Shown: positions 39,611 to 56,571, counted from the stretch's first letter. The stretch is 64,000 nucleotides of DNA from Octopus vulgaris (GCA_951406725.2 OX597822.1:372001-436000), one strand, 5' to 3'. Made by a program: numbers and translations. The notes: generated from the letters alone by a model not told the origin.

Positions 39611-40354
39611 CGAATAAAACATACAAGTCCTGAAGTAGTCAACCGAAGGAGTTACCAATACCGTCACCAATATCGTCCATACCAATACCGTCAAATTCTC
39701 AGACTCTAGAAGCTGGACAAATTCATTTCAATTCTAAAACTCAACAAAGCCCAAGTGAATTAACATAATACAAACCAAGCACTCTCTTACGCACACACTA
39801 AAGTCCAGGGAGGCTGATTTCTGACATCACCAACCAACACCAAATCACGGCTCGAATCCAGACTTCTACATTCAAACATCAAATGATTTTAACACAAAAA
39901 TACATGGGGACTCAACAAATATAAATGTATAACCCTTCTACACGCATGATTATAATTAGTATCAACATTAGTAAAATTTTCGAATCCATTCCCATATAAC
40001 CAAATATACGCAAAACATTCAGCCCCACTCTAATAGATAACACAAAATTCTAGCTAGAAAGTCACTTGTGTGGTCGTAAGAGTTTGCAGTTTCCTAAATG
40101 GAGTCCCATATTGATTGTTTCATTCATTATTTTCATACACTACCTTCACGACCTTCTCCAGACTGTGTAAGAAACACAGTCTCATATCACACATCCTCTT
40201 GTCATTCACAAGATACTACACCACAACTAATCCAAGCCTACACAAATCACTTAGAAACCTGGTTCCCAAGCAACTAACTTTAAGTAACACTTTAAGTATC
40301 TTTAAGTATCAGTCCACTATAAATTCAAATATAACACTTTATCACACTCAACTG

Positions 40355-40690
40355 AAGGCACATGGCTCAGTGGTTCGAGCGTCGAGCTTACGATCGTGAG
40401 GTTGTGAGTTCGAATCTGGGACCGGGCTGCGTGTTGTGTTCTAGAGCAAGACATTTTATTTCACGTTGCTGCAGTTCACTCATCTGTAGAAATGAGTTGC
40501 GACGTCACAGGTGCCAAGCTGTATCAGCCTTTGCCTTTCCCTTGGATAACACTGGTGGAGTGGATAGGGGAGGCCTGTATGCATGGGCGACTGCTGGTCT
40601 TCCATAAACAATCTTGCCCGGACTTGTTCCTCGGAGAGTAACTTTCTAGGTGCAGTCACATGGGCCATCATGACCGAAGGGCGTCTCAGC
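40355..40690 (+). mobile_element. SINE family B, full length, with 14-bp TSD
   Basis: TSD atcacactcaactg at 40341-40354 and 40691-40704. Confidence 0.9.
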
Positions 40691-40769
40691 ATCACACTCA
40701 ACTGGAGTCTTATTACAAGTAACCCATAGATCATGTATAACAAGTTATTACGCTCAACATTTTACGTAA

Positions 40770-41093
40770 CTGGCACTCCGTCAGTTACGACGATGTGTGT
40801 TCCAGTTGATTTCATCAACGCAACAGCCTACCGGTGAAATTAACGTGCAGGTGGCTGAGTGCTCCACAGACACGCGTACCGTTAACGTACGTCTCAAGGG
40901 GATTCAGCGTAACACACGAATGTGACAAAGCAGGCCCTTAAAATTACAGATACTACTCATTTTTGCCCGCTGAGTGGACTAGAACAACGAGTAATAAAGT
41001 GTCTTGCTCAAGGACTCAACGCGCCACCGGGAATCGAATTCACGATCATGCGATCGTGATCCGAATGCCCTAATGACCAAACTACACGCCTTC
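40770..41093 (-). mobile_element. SINE B head with tail 2
   Basis: tggcactccgtc...gagtggactagaacaacg...cacgccttc. Confidence 0.8.
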
Positions 41094-41918
41094 GCAAGTA
41101 TACCCACAAGAGAAAACCTTTTAGAGTTACCTTGTAAGGAGTTAAATAATTCACTGGAAATTACATTCACAGTACACGCAGATGACAGCAACAAAAGCAA
41201 AACGGCGCACCTTTCTTTCCACCCGTTCCTCACATATTGCTACCACTTTAGGCCGACAGAAAGAAATAACAATGAGGTACAGATGTTACATTGAATCTAG
41301 TTTAGCCTTTGGCGGTCATACCAAGGTTTTTTAATCTTTCCCCAACAAACGTAAATAAACAACAAAGGACAGAAAACAGCTCATTGCGTATCATAACAGA
41401 TTGTGTACAGATCACACCTACAGACGACCTACACAACGAAACAAAACAAAACGAAACAGAACATTATAGATGAAAGAAAACCTGGATATTTGAAGGGAAG
41501 AGCTTCTTGCCGCAGCGAGCTTCAAACCCCACCAGCGCAACTCAGCCCAGACAAACATAAAGAATACATGCACGTAAAAATGGCTGTCAAGTCAATGGTC
41601 TCCCGCCCTAACTCACAAATACTCTATTTGGAAGCACACCATCAAATGGAAAATAACAGCAACTATCGCGCTCTGCCCGAGTTCAGATTGTCGCTTTCGC
41701 TATGGCTATTGTTAAGATCTCTGGACAGTGAAGCGAGTGAATGAATGTCCAAACAGTGCTACAACAACACATACATTCATGACCGCATGCAGGAATGTGC
41801 AGTACCTACAGTTGTACAGAAATAGATTGGGCAGTGAGAGAGGGCAAATATATACAAATTGCTTCATTATTATCATACAATATGGTCCTTAACTACATAG
41901 GAAGAGAGTACAACTGAA

Positions 41919-42395
<477 letters not shown>

Positions 42396-42396
42396 A

Positions 42397-42488
<92 letters not shown>

Positions 42489-43211
42489 AGAAACTGGCTA
42501 TATGCGTTGCGCTTCGTCGTTCGGCAATTTCTTTGTGAAACATGGGTCTATTCGGCCAGAGCTGATCTGGGACAATACGATAACAACACAAGAACAACTA
42601 TTACTCCAACCACCACTAACTCTGCCACCGCAAACAATCAGTGGTGTGCCCCACCCATAAAAAACAACAACAAAAACCTCCTCGTGGTCGCATTGCATCG
42701 ATCTGTTATAAGTAGCAGTCACCTTACTCTTAAATCAGTCTACCATCATAGGGAAGGACCAGAACGCACACTAATTAATGTAGTTGTTCAGATTCCTGAG
42801 CAGGCGTTATAATAATGCTTGGATTGTCTTTGATCACAGGTCTGGATGAGGGAAGATCTGAGGGCTAAACAATAACAATAGTTACTCACCACCACAAAAA
42901 CCACCACCACAACCCCCCCCCCACCACCACCCACGATCGCGAGAAATTGAAAACAGACTTTTGGTTGAATGCAGGTGAAGTGAATTAAATAGAATTTCAC
43001 CGTTGATCAAACCTCCTAGACACACCCTGTCAGTGTTATTGTAATAACAGAAAACATTGCCTTGTCATAAACTAAATCACTTAGTTGGCTTACAGTAAAT
43101 CATACCTACCTACCTACCTACCTACCTACCTACCTACCTACCTACCTACCTACCTACCTACCTACCTACCTACCTATCTACCTACCTACCTACATACATA
43201 CATACATACAT

Positions 43212-43722
43212 AGTGGCTGCCCCCTCGTTATCGAGTATGGCCATTGCACGAAGCTTAATCAATGTTGTTATTATGCAATGCCTGTGCAAGAAGATTTTTT
43301 TAAAGTGAGGAAAGGCTGTGCAACAGCAGCCATAATCCGAAAAGAAGAACAAGTCAACATCATCGGTAACCACTGAGCCGCAGGTTTTATGTTGGAGTTA
43401 TCCCAGTTACCTGAGTTACCTTCTCCTTGAAGGATGCCCTAACAAAGGCTAGGAGTCCTTCACTCCCAATGGTTTAACCGCGCGATCGGGTATTCAGTCC
43501 GATTATTTCTATGTCCCCGCGCATGATACAGCCGTAAGATATTTATCGGATGGCCGGTGACTCTCAAGAGTTCCTCCGCCCTTTGACGGGTTTTGTTTTT
43601 CATTACGCAGGGTGTCCAATAAACACCCTCCTCACCAAGCAAGATTGGTGGGGTTGCCGGTTTAGTCGCCGACGGCCCGACCATGCAACAGGTTGTACTG
43701 GGTTACATGTTACCAGTAGCAC
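43212..43722 (-). mobile_element. Non-autonomous RTE-like element inside (TACA)n
   Basis: GC-richer 510-bp island with no ORF; motifs ggcgactaaaccggcaacccc and tggtgaggagggtg resemble RTE 5' UTRs (recalled, not searched). Confidence 0.45.
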
Positions 43723-44104
43723 ATACATACATACATACATACATACATACATACATAATACATACATACATACATACATACATAAATACATAAGTACATA
43801 TATTCTTACACTCCCACATACATACATACATTCACACATACGCATATATAGTTTTATATATACATATACAAACACACACACATATATAGATTAGAGACAG
43901 ATATTCTGTGTATTGAATACACTTTGTAATGCTCAAGAAATTTGAACTTGAACAGGTAGAGAAGTAAATGTAAGGACAATTTAGGCACGTCGATATATAA
44001 AAAATATTAAATACATTTAATACAAAAAATGTACATATGCATACATATAAAAAAGTCTGACTTACACAGAATGGAAATATCAGGAATTAAGGGGGTTGAG
44101 TAGG

Positions 44105-44213
44105 AGTTTTACGAGTCCAACAGCTGTTTCTGGGGGCTTAGTGGTCCAAAATGATGATTGCAACTTGATTCCATCATCGGATAACACCAGCTTCCGTCTT
44201 CAGGGAAGAATTT
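44105..44213 (-). ncRNA. Hammerhead-like motif with long stem II (PLE-type)
   Basis: Minus strand tcc CTGAAGA cggaagct...agccccca GAAA cagctg tt gga; diverged inverted partial copy at 44445-44527. Confidence 0.5.
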
Positions 44214-44529
44214 TACATTTTATATTTTTTTGCGTTTTGGTAGTATTTGAAAGATTACCTTTGTATTAGTTTGTATGAAGCTATAGAATTAAAAGTTAAG
44301 ATAATGAAAAGGGGATGGTAATTAATTGAGGGAAATGAGTTGACTTGTTCAGTAGCTGAGGAGAGCGAGAATGTGGTCAAGAGCAGTTGTTAGTAGGACA
44401 AAGGAATTGGGTTGGTACTGGAGGAGCTGGAGTGAGGTGCTATGATAAAGGCGGAGGCCAGTGTTATTCGATGATGGAATCAAGTTACCATCATCATTTT
44501 GGACCACCAAGCTCCGAGAAACAGCTCAT

Positions 44530-44782
44530 CAAATTAACTTGCATGTGACTGAGCACTCAACAGACACACGTACCCTTAACGTAGTCCTCTGGGAGATTCA
44601 GCGTGACACAGAATGTGACAAGGTCGGCCCTTGAAAATTGAAATACAGACACAACTCATGTTTGCCAGATGAGTGGACTGGAGCAACGTGAAATAAAGTG
44701 TCTTGCGCAAAGACATAACGCGCCGCCGGGAATCGAACTCACGACCTAACGATTGTGGGCCGATTACACTAAGCCACGCGCC
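44530..44782 (-). mobile_element. SINE B head with partial tail 2
   Basis: gagtggactggagcaacgtgaaataaagtgtcttg...cactaagccacgcgcc. Confidence 0.8.
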
Positions 44783-45613
44783 GTCACCCCGCCACATATA
44801 ATACGTAATTCTGTATATTCGTCTTAATGTGGCTATACCCTAGAAAGCCACAAAACTACAGAGAAAGATTCTCGTATAGATCCAGGTCGTCTTAGCTCCA
44901 TTACAAGTTCCCTGGCAATCAATTCACTTGGTCCTATAACATATATTTATTGAGAGCCAGCCACAATACACTTTGATCAGAATCGGACCTCTTGACCTGT
45001 AACGCCTGTGGGCAATTGCCCAGTGTGCTCATGCCTTCAGACGGCATGGTATAGTGTTGAAAAGCTCATAAGTGTATTAGTAGCAGAGGAAACACGAATA
45101 GCAGCGGAGGTGGAATTCTTTAATCATGATTTATGTGCCTTTTAGCACTACATGTTTATACGAAAAGCTTTCTCAAGATGAATGTTGCAGTTTCATGGCT
45201 TCTTGTAGTGTATCAACGTTAAGTAATTTATACAGAATGCTATTCTTGACTGATAAGGCTTCCATCACAACGAATTTTTACCTTGCCCAGAAGCTATTTG
45301 CAACATCAGTAATTTCTTAGTCATTTTATTCTATATCAGTAGATGCTGAATTTGTGTAAGCATGCTGTTGATAGTGGATGCTTGCTACTGATGACATGCT
45401 GATAAAGATATCCCGATTTAGCTATTCTACCGCCCCTGCTGGACGCTTTTCGTCAGCTGCTGACACACAATTGAGGGTTTTAGCACTATATGTCTATATA
45501 AGAAGCTTTCTGAACACGAACACTACACTTTGTGGCTTACTCTAGTATATTCATGTTAAAAATGATATAGAGAATATACAGAATGCAACTCTCAATCAAT
45601 ACTGCTTCTGTAG

Positions 45614-46115
<502 letters not shown>

Positions 46116-46765
46116 TATAGAAGTTACAAGGAAGGAAATATAACTGGAAACAAACGGTTCAGAAAAATGTAATAAAAGATCGGCTTAATTAAACACGAAA
46201 CTGTATACGTAGTATAATCTGCCAAGGATATACCTTTCCAGCTATGTTTACAAAAATGAAGCAATGAAAGGAGTCTAAATTATATTCAGTAACGTATGGT
46301 ACACTGTACGCTGTACACTGTATATGTACAAAGTCTGAAACGTATATTATCTATCTGTATTGCGAATATGTATATTTTAGGACATGCGAATTGTTAATAT
46401 GTTATGTATAGAAACTCATTTACATTAACAGTAGGAAATATACACAGGGATTGTATATTGAATAACATTTGTACATTGTGACGTATTTATGTAAGTACGT
46501 TTCGCCATAACAACTTTAAATGCTGGGCATGCCATAATGATATTTAAATTATGCGTATGGAAAAGATACTTAATAAACTGTTGACGAAATATATTACTTT
46601 TTGGTAAATGAGCTTCAATCAGAACGTGGCCTGGTAATATGTGATGTATTGAAAGAAAGGGAAAACAAATATGTAGGATGCATCTCATGTCTAAGCATTT
46701 ATTATATACCAGTTTCAGCTTATTTCCTTTAAAATGTCATAAGTTTTGACGGTATGGATATACTT

Positions 46766-46818
<53 letters not shown>

Positions 46819-46883
46819 TATATATGCATATATATATTTATGTATATTTATGTATATATATATACACATATATATACATATAC

Positions 46884-46926
<43 letters not shown>

Positions 46927-46965
46927 CATATATATGTATGTATATATATATACATATATGTTATA

Positions 46966-47030
46966 TTAAATTGGAGATAAAACCACTATTAGGCAAATCA
47001 AACAGTGAAAATCATAAGCCAATACATAGA
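46966..47030. repeat. Short dispersed repeat (also 58975-59032 and 63553-63612)
   Basis: gagataaaaccactattaggcaaatcaaaca.tga.a...taagccaa.acata in three copies next to microsatellites. Confidence 0.75.
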
Positions 47031-47155
47031 AATAATATTAATTAAAAAATATATAAAAAAAATATAAAATATAAAATATAAAAATCCAATTAAAATATTT
47101 AAATTAAAGTTAATATGTATGTCTGTATATATGAATGTATGTATATATATTAATG

Positions 47156-47186
<31 letters not shown>

Positions 47187-47231
47187 ACATATATATATAC
47201 ATACATATATGTATGTCTATATATATGTATG

Positions 47232-47311
<80 letters not shown>

Positions 47312-47392
47312 CACACACACACACACATACTTATACGGAATTAAATGTATGACAAAGGAACAAGAATTGCGTAAAGTCCATTAGCTTGCAGT

Positions 47393-47495
47393 TGTTTCTT
47401 TTGCTGAAATGCTAAGTTACAAAGACGTAAACACATCTACGACAATTATCAGTGGGTGGTGGGGACAAAGAAACAAACACACAGACACAGACACA

Positions 47496-47546
<51 letters not shown>

Positions 47547-47712
47547 CACATTCACGCATACAACGGGCTTCTTTCAGTTTCCGTCTACCAAATCCACTCA
47601 CAAGGTTTTAGTCGGTCCATAGAAGACAATTGCCCACGGTGCCTTGCAGTGTGACCGAAATCAGAACCATCTGGTTTAAAGAAAGTTTCTTAAATATATA
47701 TATATACAGCCA
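47393..47712 (-). mobile_element. SINE family A, degenerate
   Basis: cttctttcagtttccgtctaccaaatccactcacaagg. Confidence 0.75.
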
Positions 47713-49885
47713 TTCATACATATAAACATACATACATACATACATGCATGCATACATACATACATACATACATACATACATACATACATACACACACATA
47801 CATACATACACACACACATACATACATACATACATAACATACATACATACATACATACATACATACATACATACATACATACATACATAACATACATACA
47901 TACATACATACATACATACATACATACATACATACATACATACATACATACACACACACACATACATACATACACACACATACATACATACATACATAAC
48001 ATACATACATACATACATACATACATACATAACATACATACATACATACATACATACATACATACATACATACATACATACATACATACATACATACATA
48101 CATACATACATACATACATACATACATACATACATACATACATACATACATACATACATACATAACATACATACATACATACATAACATACATACATACA
48201 TACATACATACATACATAACATACATACATACATACATACATACATACATACATACATACATACATACATACATACATACATACATACATACATACATAC
48301 ATACATACATACATACATACATACATACATACATACATACATACATACATACATACATACATAACATACATACATACATACATACATACATACATAACAT
48401 ACATACATACATACATACATACATACATACATACATACATACATACATACATACATACATACATACATACATACATACATACATACATACATACATACAT
48501 ACATACATACATAACATACATTCATACATACATACATACATACATTCATACATACATAACATACATACATACATACATACATACATACATACATACATAC
48601 ATACATACATACATAAATACATACATACATACATACATACATACATACACACACATACATACATACATACATACATACATACATAACATACATACATACA
48701 TACATACATACATAACATACATACATACATACATACATACATACATAACATACATACATACATACATACATACATACATACATACATAACATACATACAT
48801 AACATACATACATACATAGCATACATACATACATACATACATACATACATAACATACATACATACATACATACATACATACATACATACATACATACATA
48901 CATACATACATACATACATACATACATACATACATACATACATACATACATACATACATACATACATACATACATACATACATACATACATACATACATA
49001 CATACATACATACATACATACATACATACATACATACATACATACATACATACATACATACATACATACATACATACATACATACATACATACATACATA
49101 CATACATACATACATACATACATACATACATACATACATACATACATACATACATACATACATACATACATACATACATACATACATACATACATACATA
49201 CATACATACATACATACATACATACATACATACATACATACATACATACATACATACATACATACATACATACATACATACATACATACATACATACATA
49301 CATACATAACATACATACATACATACATACATACATACATACATACATACATACATACATACATACATACATACATACATACATACATACATACATACAT
49401 ACATACATACATACATACATACATACATACATAAATACATACATACATACATATACATACATACATACATACATAACATACATACATACATACATACATA
49501 CATACATACATACATACATAAATACATACATACATACATACATACATACATACACACATACATACATACATACATACATACATACATACATACATACATA
49601 CATACATACATACATACATACATACATACATACATACATACATACATACATACATACATACATACATACATACATACATACATACATACATACATACATA
49701 CATACATACATACATACATACATACATACATACATACATACATACATACATACATACATACATACATACATACACACTATACATACATACATACATACAT
49801 ACATTCATACATACATACATAAATACATACATACATACATACATACATATCAACCCACATCATACATACATATAATACATACATA
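47713..49885. repeat. ~2.2-kb (ATAC)n microsatellite
   Basis: Read directly. Confidence 0.97.
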
Positions 49886-50491
49886 AATATACATATACAT
49901 ATATACATATGCAGACCCACATGCACCTATATATATATCTATTTCACTCTTTATGTAACTGTTTACGTGTGTATATATGTGTATATGCTTGTAAATATGT
50001 AAGATTGCTTTTTCTTATTTTATTCTATTCCATAATGTCAAACCTATTATTTAATGGATAAATTCTTCGCGTATATGTGTGTATGTATTTCTGTGTAAAT
50101 ATATGATTGCATTTATCATACACATATGCTTATTTATATATTCATGGATATACATTGACGCATGCGCATACAATGTTCCACTTACATATACATTAAGAAG
50201 AGGGTTCGCCTTTATAAAATAAAATAATATAAAGTGTATAAAGAGAAGGACACTTCTCACAAAATAGGATGTCGATGATCGTGATTATTTGTTTCTTTAA
50301 ATAATCTGCTAATAATTCAAGAAGCAGACGACATTTCAAAATCGAGCAGAAGAGGGGCTTTATCAGATTTGTATATCTCCATTTTCTCATTACACAGAAA
50401 AAGTAAGAAAGAAAAAAAGTAAGACAGAAAGAAAGAAAGAGAGCGCGAGCGAGAGAGTGAGAGGGAGATAGACAAATAGATAGATAGATAG

Positions 50492-50540
<49 letters not shown>

Positions 50541-50757
50541 AAAAAGCATGATAAAGAAGAATGTCTGAAAATCAAGAAAAATCTAAAATATTATTAAATT
50601 TTCGCCATCTTTTGCCTAAAAAAAATGAGGTTGATATCTTTTATCTCTTTTTTCTACAATTTGATGTAAATTTAGATAACAGACTCAGTAATAACAACAA
50701 CAACAACAATAATAAATATGAAGATGACGACGACGATGACGATGTTGATAATGATGT

Positions 50758-50788
<31 letters not shown>

Positions 50789-50810
50789 AATGATGATGAT
50801 GATGATGATG

Positions 50811-50852
<42 letters not shown>

Positions 50853-51183
50853 TATCTGTCTTGACTCATACCTGTTGATGGCATCAAATATATTAATGAA
50901 TCTATAAGATAGGCGAACTCTATGCTTTCCTTCCAAATATCCATCACAAATCGTAACCTTCTGATATATTATTATTCAATCGATAAGCTTTATCCCACGA
51001 TATATAAAATCAGATACGAACTATATTGTATCCAAGTAATTTCATCAGACCACAAACTTTCAATTTGATTTAAATATAAATGTATTTCTTTCCCTATTTG
51101 CATTCCGTCTCTTTCGCCACACCGTCATCGCTAAATTATACATACAGACATAAGTACGTGAAATAATTACATATATGCATACC

Positions 51184-51256
<73 letters not shown>

Positions 51257-51496
51257 TAAAGGTAGAGAATTGGCAGAAGTAAAGCTGCTTCTAAGATATG
51301 CACGCATATATATATATATATGAGTGAGTGTCTGTCTGAATATAAATATGTGTGTGTATATATGTATATATATATATATATATATACACATACACACATA
51401 CACATATACATACACACATATATATATATACATATATATATATATGTATATGTGTACATATGAATATATATATATATATATACATACAGACACACA

Positions 51497-51554
<58 letters not shown>

Positions 51555-51900
51555 CGCTATACATACATACATACATACATACATACATACATACATGCAT
51601 ACATACAAAAGTTGCTGTGTACAATCGTAGCTAGTTTAGTTAAGTCTTCTTTCTCAGTTTGGATGCTCAAAGTGATGACGTCGCTTTGGTGCAGTGATTA
51701 GCATGGCTTTATGGTTTATAGAATTCTAGGCGTTCGAATCCCGTATTTGACATTTCAACTTCTCTGTCTTTCTGTCTCTGATGCGTGTGAGTGTAACAAA
51801 ATCATTACCACCCTTCTCAGGCGACAATGACTTGATATCAGAATATTTAGCTTATGGTGTATATATATATATGTAAATATAAATTTATATAAATTTCGTC

Positions 51901-51939
<39 letters not shown>

Positions 51940-51947
<8 letters not shown>

Positions 51948-51997
51948 ACAAGTCAAAATAGAAAATGCTAAAATAATTTTATAAAGAACATTTCAGT
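51940..51997 (-). mobile_element. Solo 3'-terminal fragment of the Neptune-like PLE family
   Basis: aaaaaaacaagtcaaaatagaaaatgctaaaataattttataaagaacatttcag matches 28725-28779. Confidence 0.75.
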
Positions 51998-52042
51998 ATA
52001 TATATATATACACACACACACACACATATATATACATATATA

Positions 52043-52234
52043 TTTTCTTTTACTTATTTCAGTCATTTGACTGCGGCCATGCTGTAGCACCACCTTGAAG
52101 GGTTTTGACCCTAGGACTTGTTCTTTGCAAGCCTAATACTTATTCTATTGTTCTCTTTTGCCAAACCGCTAAGTCACGGGAACCTAAACACACCAGGATC
52201 AGTTGTGAAGGGATTGTGGGAGGACAAACACACT

Positions 52235-52235
<1 letters not shown>
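52043..52235 (-). mobile_element. SINE family A 3' half
   Basis: tttcagtcatttgactgcggccatgctg...ggacaaacac. Confidence 0.8.
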
Positions 52236-52270
<35 letters not shown>

Positions 52271-52719
52271 AAGACAAACACACATACACACACACGTTTA
52301 GTGTTAACATAAAAAAAGAGTACGCAGAGCCATAGTAGAGATTAATAATGTATATTATTTTGGTCGATATATTTTGGCAGATACAATATACAACATAAGA
52401 GTTGTGGGTTCGGGACCTACGGGCAGCCATCAGTCCTTTCTATCCAAAGGGTTTTAAACCCAATATTTACATGCCGTTATTTATAGCTCTATTTATATTG
52501 AAATCCACCATTCCAAAAGAGAATCATTCGTTTATATTGATGACCACATAGGCTTCAGCACAAAATACGCAAGTTGTGCCCGACCATTCTCCCTGGTGGA
52601 AATCCAATCCAGTGAGGTATGTAGCTGCAATCTACTGGAAGAATGTAAATTGTAGTAACAATGGCGATAGACTGAAGTCACCAACTGTTTCCCATGAAGT
52701 ATGATCCCTGTTTCAAATA

Positions 52720-52925
52720 CTGAGTGCTTAGAGTGTCGGAAAGTGCTTGGTGGGATTTGTTCGACATTTCACATTCTGAGTTCAAGTTTCACCGCGTTAA
52801 TATTTGCCTTTTATCCCTCTGGGATCAATAATGTGAAGTATCAGTCAGATATTAGTATCGAAGGCATCACTTAATTCTCTCCACCAAGTTGTTGACCATG
52901 TGCCTATAACAGAAACCATTATGTG
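52720..52925 (+). mobile_element. Old SINE C-related copy
   Basis: ttctgagttcaagtttcaccgcg...tttgccttttatccctctgggatcaataa. Confidence 0.6.
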
Positions 52926-52934
52926 TGCATAGTG

Positions 52935-52989
<55 letters not shown>

Positions 52990-52998
52990 ATATACATA

Positions 52999-53175
52999 AG
53001 AGGAGGTGCTGAAAAAGTTCCTGGCCTTAGGTAAAATAAAATGCAGGAAGATTAGTTAAGTACAATTTTATTCAAGATATTTCCCTCTCAGATTCACACT
53101 CTTATTGCAGGGGTCCTTCAGTTTTTCTAGGCTTTGTAAAAGAACTCAGAACGTTGGCCCTCCAATCAGGCCTTA
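52999..53175 (+). mobile_element. Mariner-type MITE, truncated (same family as 60111-60333)
   Basis: gaggaggtgctgaaaaagttcctggc terminus; internal similarity to 60111-60290. Confidence 0.65.
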
Positions 53176-54225
53176 TGTGTGTATATACACACATAATGCA
53201 CACATACAATGAAATTTTATATCCATCTTAGATAAATTGATATTTATTTCAATATTAATATTCGTACCCTTGCTGTATTTTGCATGTATAGTCTTATATG
53301 TATATAAGATTGTATATACTCTATACACGTTTTATTCACATCGAGAACTTTGCCTAATCTGGAATAAACATATATTGAAAGATGTTTTGCGAAATACCTG
53401 TATTGAGTTCAAGGCGTAGGCTAGTATCCTATTCTATGCATAGAACAAAATATATCTACATGAAACTGTATATGCATAACCGTGCCGTTTTTGCTATTTC
53501 TAAGAATTCATTGCCGAACAAGAATATTTGTTCGTTATCAAAAACCTTACTTCGTCACTATCAATAGCATGAACAGCTCAAAGCTAAATGGATAGAGCCG
53601 GATCAGATACCGCAAAATATATAATATAAATAATCTATAAATATATGCATATATACATACATACATATGTGTACATACCTACATATATATGTATATATAC
53701 ATGCATATATGGGTACAGGACATAAAAAAAAACGTTGAACACAATGAGAAACGAAAACATAAAAATGAACTTTTTTTTCGACCAACGAAAAAACAAACAG
53801 AGAAACGAGACATGCAACATAAAGAATATTCCTTTTTTTCAGTTGTCCATGTTTCATCTACTCTACGTTTCGAAGGCTTAACACTCAAACAATTTCCGCC
53901 AGTACATCGCTCTGGTCTAGTACACTATTGTTTACATCGACTCCGAGTGCAGCACGAATTTCCATCCTTTACAGGTGATGTAAAGAACACAAGTATCCAG
54001 AAACACAGGGTTAATTGATATTTAATTATTTTATATATTAACTAGCAGTATTTCATAGTTTAATTAGGTGTTCGTGTATCTTTACAGGTATATTATATTG
54101 CATTTTTATGGCACTTCATGAAGGACTCAGTTACTATGACATAAATATATATTGAGTAATACACGCACACATACACACACATATACACACATGCATATAT
54201 GTACGTACATATATAAGTATGTATG

Positions 54226-54284
<59 letters not shown>

Positions 54285-54352
54285 ATATATATATAAAAAC
54301 ATAATTGTATGTATACACACATACATATATATATATATATATATGTATGTGT

Positions 54353-54433
<81 letters not shown>

Positions 54434-54786
54434 ATATATATATATATATCCCGTGACACAATTTACTTTCTGAAAGAGAATGACCGCGTCGTATAATGAT
54501 CAAAATGTAATATTCCCATAGCTGAGTGGAGTTGACCAAGCAAATATGAAGATAAAAGAATAGCACTATAAAGAAAATGAAAAAAAACAAAACAAGAAAA
54601 CAAACCAAACCAAACCAAAACAAAACAAAAAACAAAAACATAAATAATAAAAAAACCCCAGTAAAATGGAAATAATAAATATAAATAAAGCGATGTTTAT
54701 CGAGGGAAAAGATTCAACGTTTCAACTTTGATGATATCACGTGAATAGGAAATATTGAATTATTCTAATATTATCAGATAACGGAG

Positions 54787-54999
54787 GTGTGTGTGTGTGT
54801 TTGTGTGTGTGTTTGCGTGTGTGCGTGTGTGTGTGTGTGCGTGTGTGTGTGTTTGTGTGTGTGTGTGTGCGTGTGTGTGTGTTTGTGTGCGTGTGTTTGT
54901 GTGTGTGCGTGTGTGTGCGTGTGTGTGCGTGTGTGTGCGTGTGCGTGCGTGTGTGTGTGTTTGTGTGCGTGTGTTTGTGTGTTTGTGTGTGTGTTTGCG

Positions 55000-55039
<40 letters not shown>

Positions 55040-55086
55040 TGTGCGTGTGTTTGTGTGTGTGCGTGTGTGTGCGTGTGTGTGTGTGC
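54787..55086. repeat. (GT)n microsatellite with GC/TT interruptions
   Basis: Read directly. Confidence 0.95.
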
Positions 55087-55471
55087 GGTATTTTAGAGAA
55101 GAGGATCCGACCAGAAAAGAGTAAGCAAAAACTGAAGTTTATACATTATTATCATCATCATCGCCATCGACATTGTTGTTGTTGTTGTTGTTGTTGTTCT
55201 TCTTCTTCTTCTTCTTCTTCTTCTTCTTCTTTTTTCTTCTTTTTCTTCTTCTTTTTTCTTCTTCTTCTTCTTCTTCTTCTTCTTCTTCTTCCATATATTA
55301 ATTATATATATATTTGTATATATACGTATATATGTACGTTTACACACATAAATAAATAAATATAAATATATATATATATATAATATTATATAATATAATA
55401 TATATATGTATATAAAAATCTATCTATCTATCTATCTAGATACACTTAATATATTAAAATATGATACATAC

Positions 55472-55532
<61 letters not shown>

Positions 55533-55636
55533 TTTTACGGTATTAAAAGCTTATTCTGTTTTTCTTTTGATGAAGCAGAGGAAGAAAACAGAAAGCCATC
55601 TTTGTTGGATTTCGTGATAAATATATGCATATACAC

Positions 55637-55698
<62 letters not shown>

Positions 55699-55949
55699 AT
55701 ATATATACGTCCATATATATATACATATGTATATGCACATATATATATATGTATATATATATGCACCTGTATACATTAGACTTTGTGGGTATAAATGTGT
55801 ATACGTTTATATGGGTTGTATATTTATTTATATGCATAGAAAGTCCTAAAGGAAAGTAAGTTGCCGTCATCGTGTAGTGAATAAATAAACATAGGTTCAA
55901 ACCCATGAATCTCATTATACACAAGGATAGACATAGACAGAGACACGCA

Positions 55950-56027
<78 letters not shown>

Positions 56028-56280
56028 CAAACACATATACCGACGCAAAGAAACGCTTACAAACACTATAATACATATAACATGAATGTGTGCTCCTACA
56101 CAGATATATACATAAGTGTGTATGTGTGTGTGTGCGTGTGCTTATGTGTGCGTGTGTATGTGTGTGTATGTGCGTGTGTGTCTGTAAGTGTTTATATTTA
56201 TACATGTGTATAATTATATGTACACATATAAATCTATACATATTAAATATAGAAATATATCATACTTGCATCACACAGCC

Positions 56281-56327
<47 letters not shown>

Positions 56328-56353
56328 CATGTGTAATATATATACATACATAT

Positions 56354-56395
<42 letters not shown>

Positions 56396-56522
56396 ATACA
56401 TAGTGATACATATATATATACATGTATATATTTACATATACATACATACATATATGTACAGTCATATATATATGCGTACATATAGTTATATACATATATA
56501 TTACTTATACATATATATAAAA

Positions 56523-56571
<49 letters not shown>

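Noticed and set aside
39620-40340. LINE endonuclease remnant
   Set aside because: Only a weak GD-like hint; too degenerate to support.
41403-41744. 113-aa ORF as a host exon
   Set aside because: No recognisable motif, GTG start; may be decayed element sequence.
47608-49853. 700-aa MYVC ORFs
   Set aside because: Translation of (ATGT)n.
50561-50878. Asp/Asn-rich 105-aa ORF
   Set aside because: (GAT)n/(AAT)n repeats.
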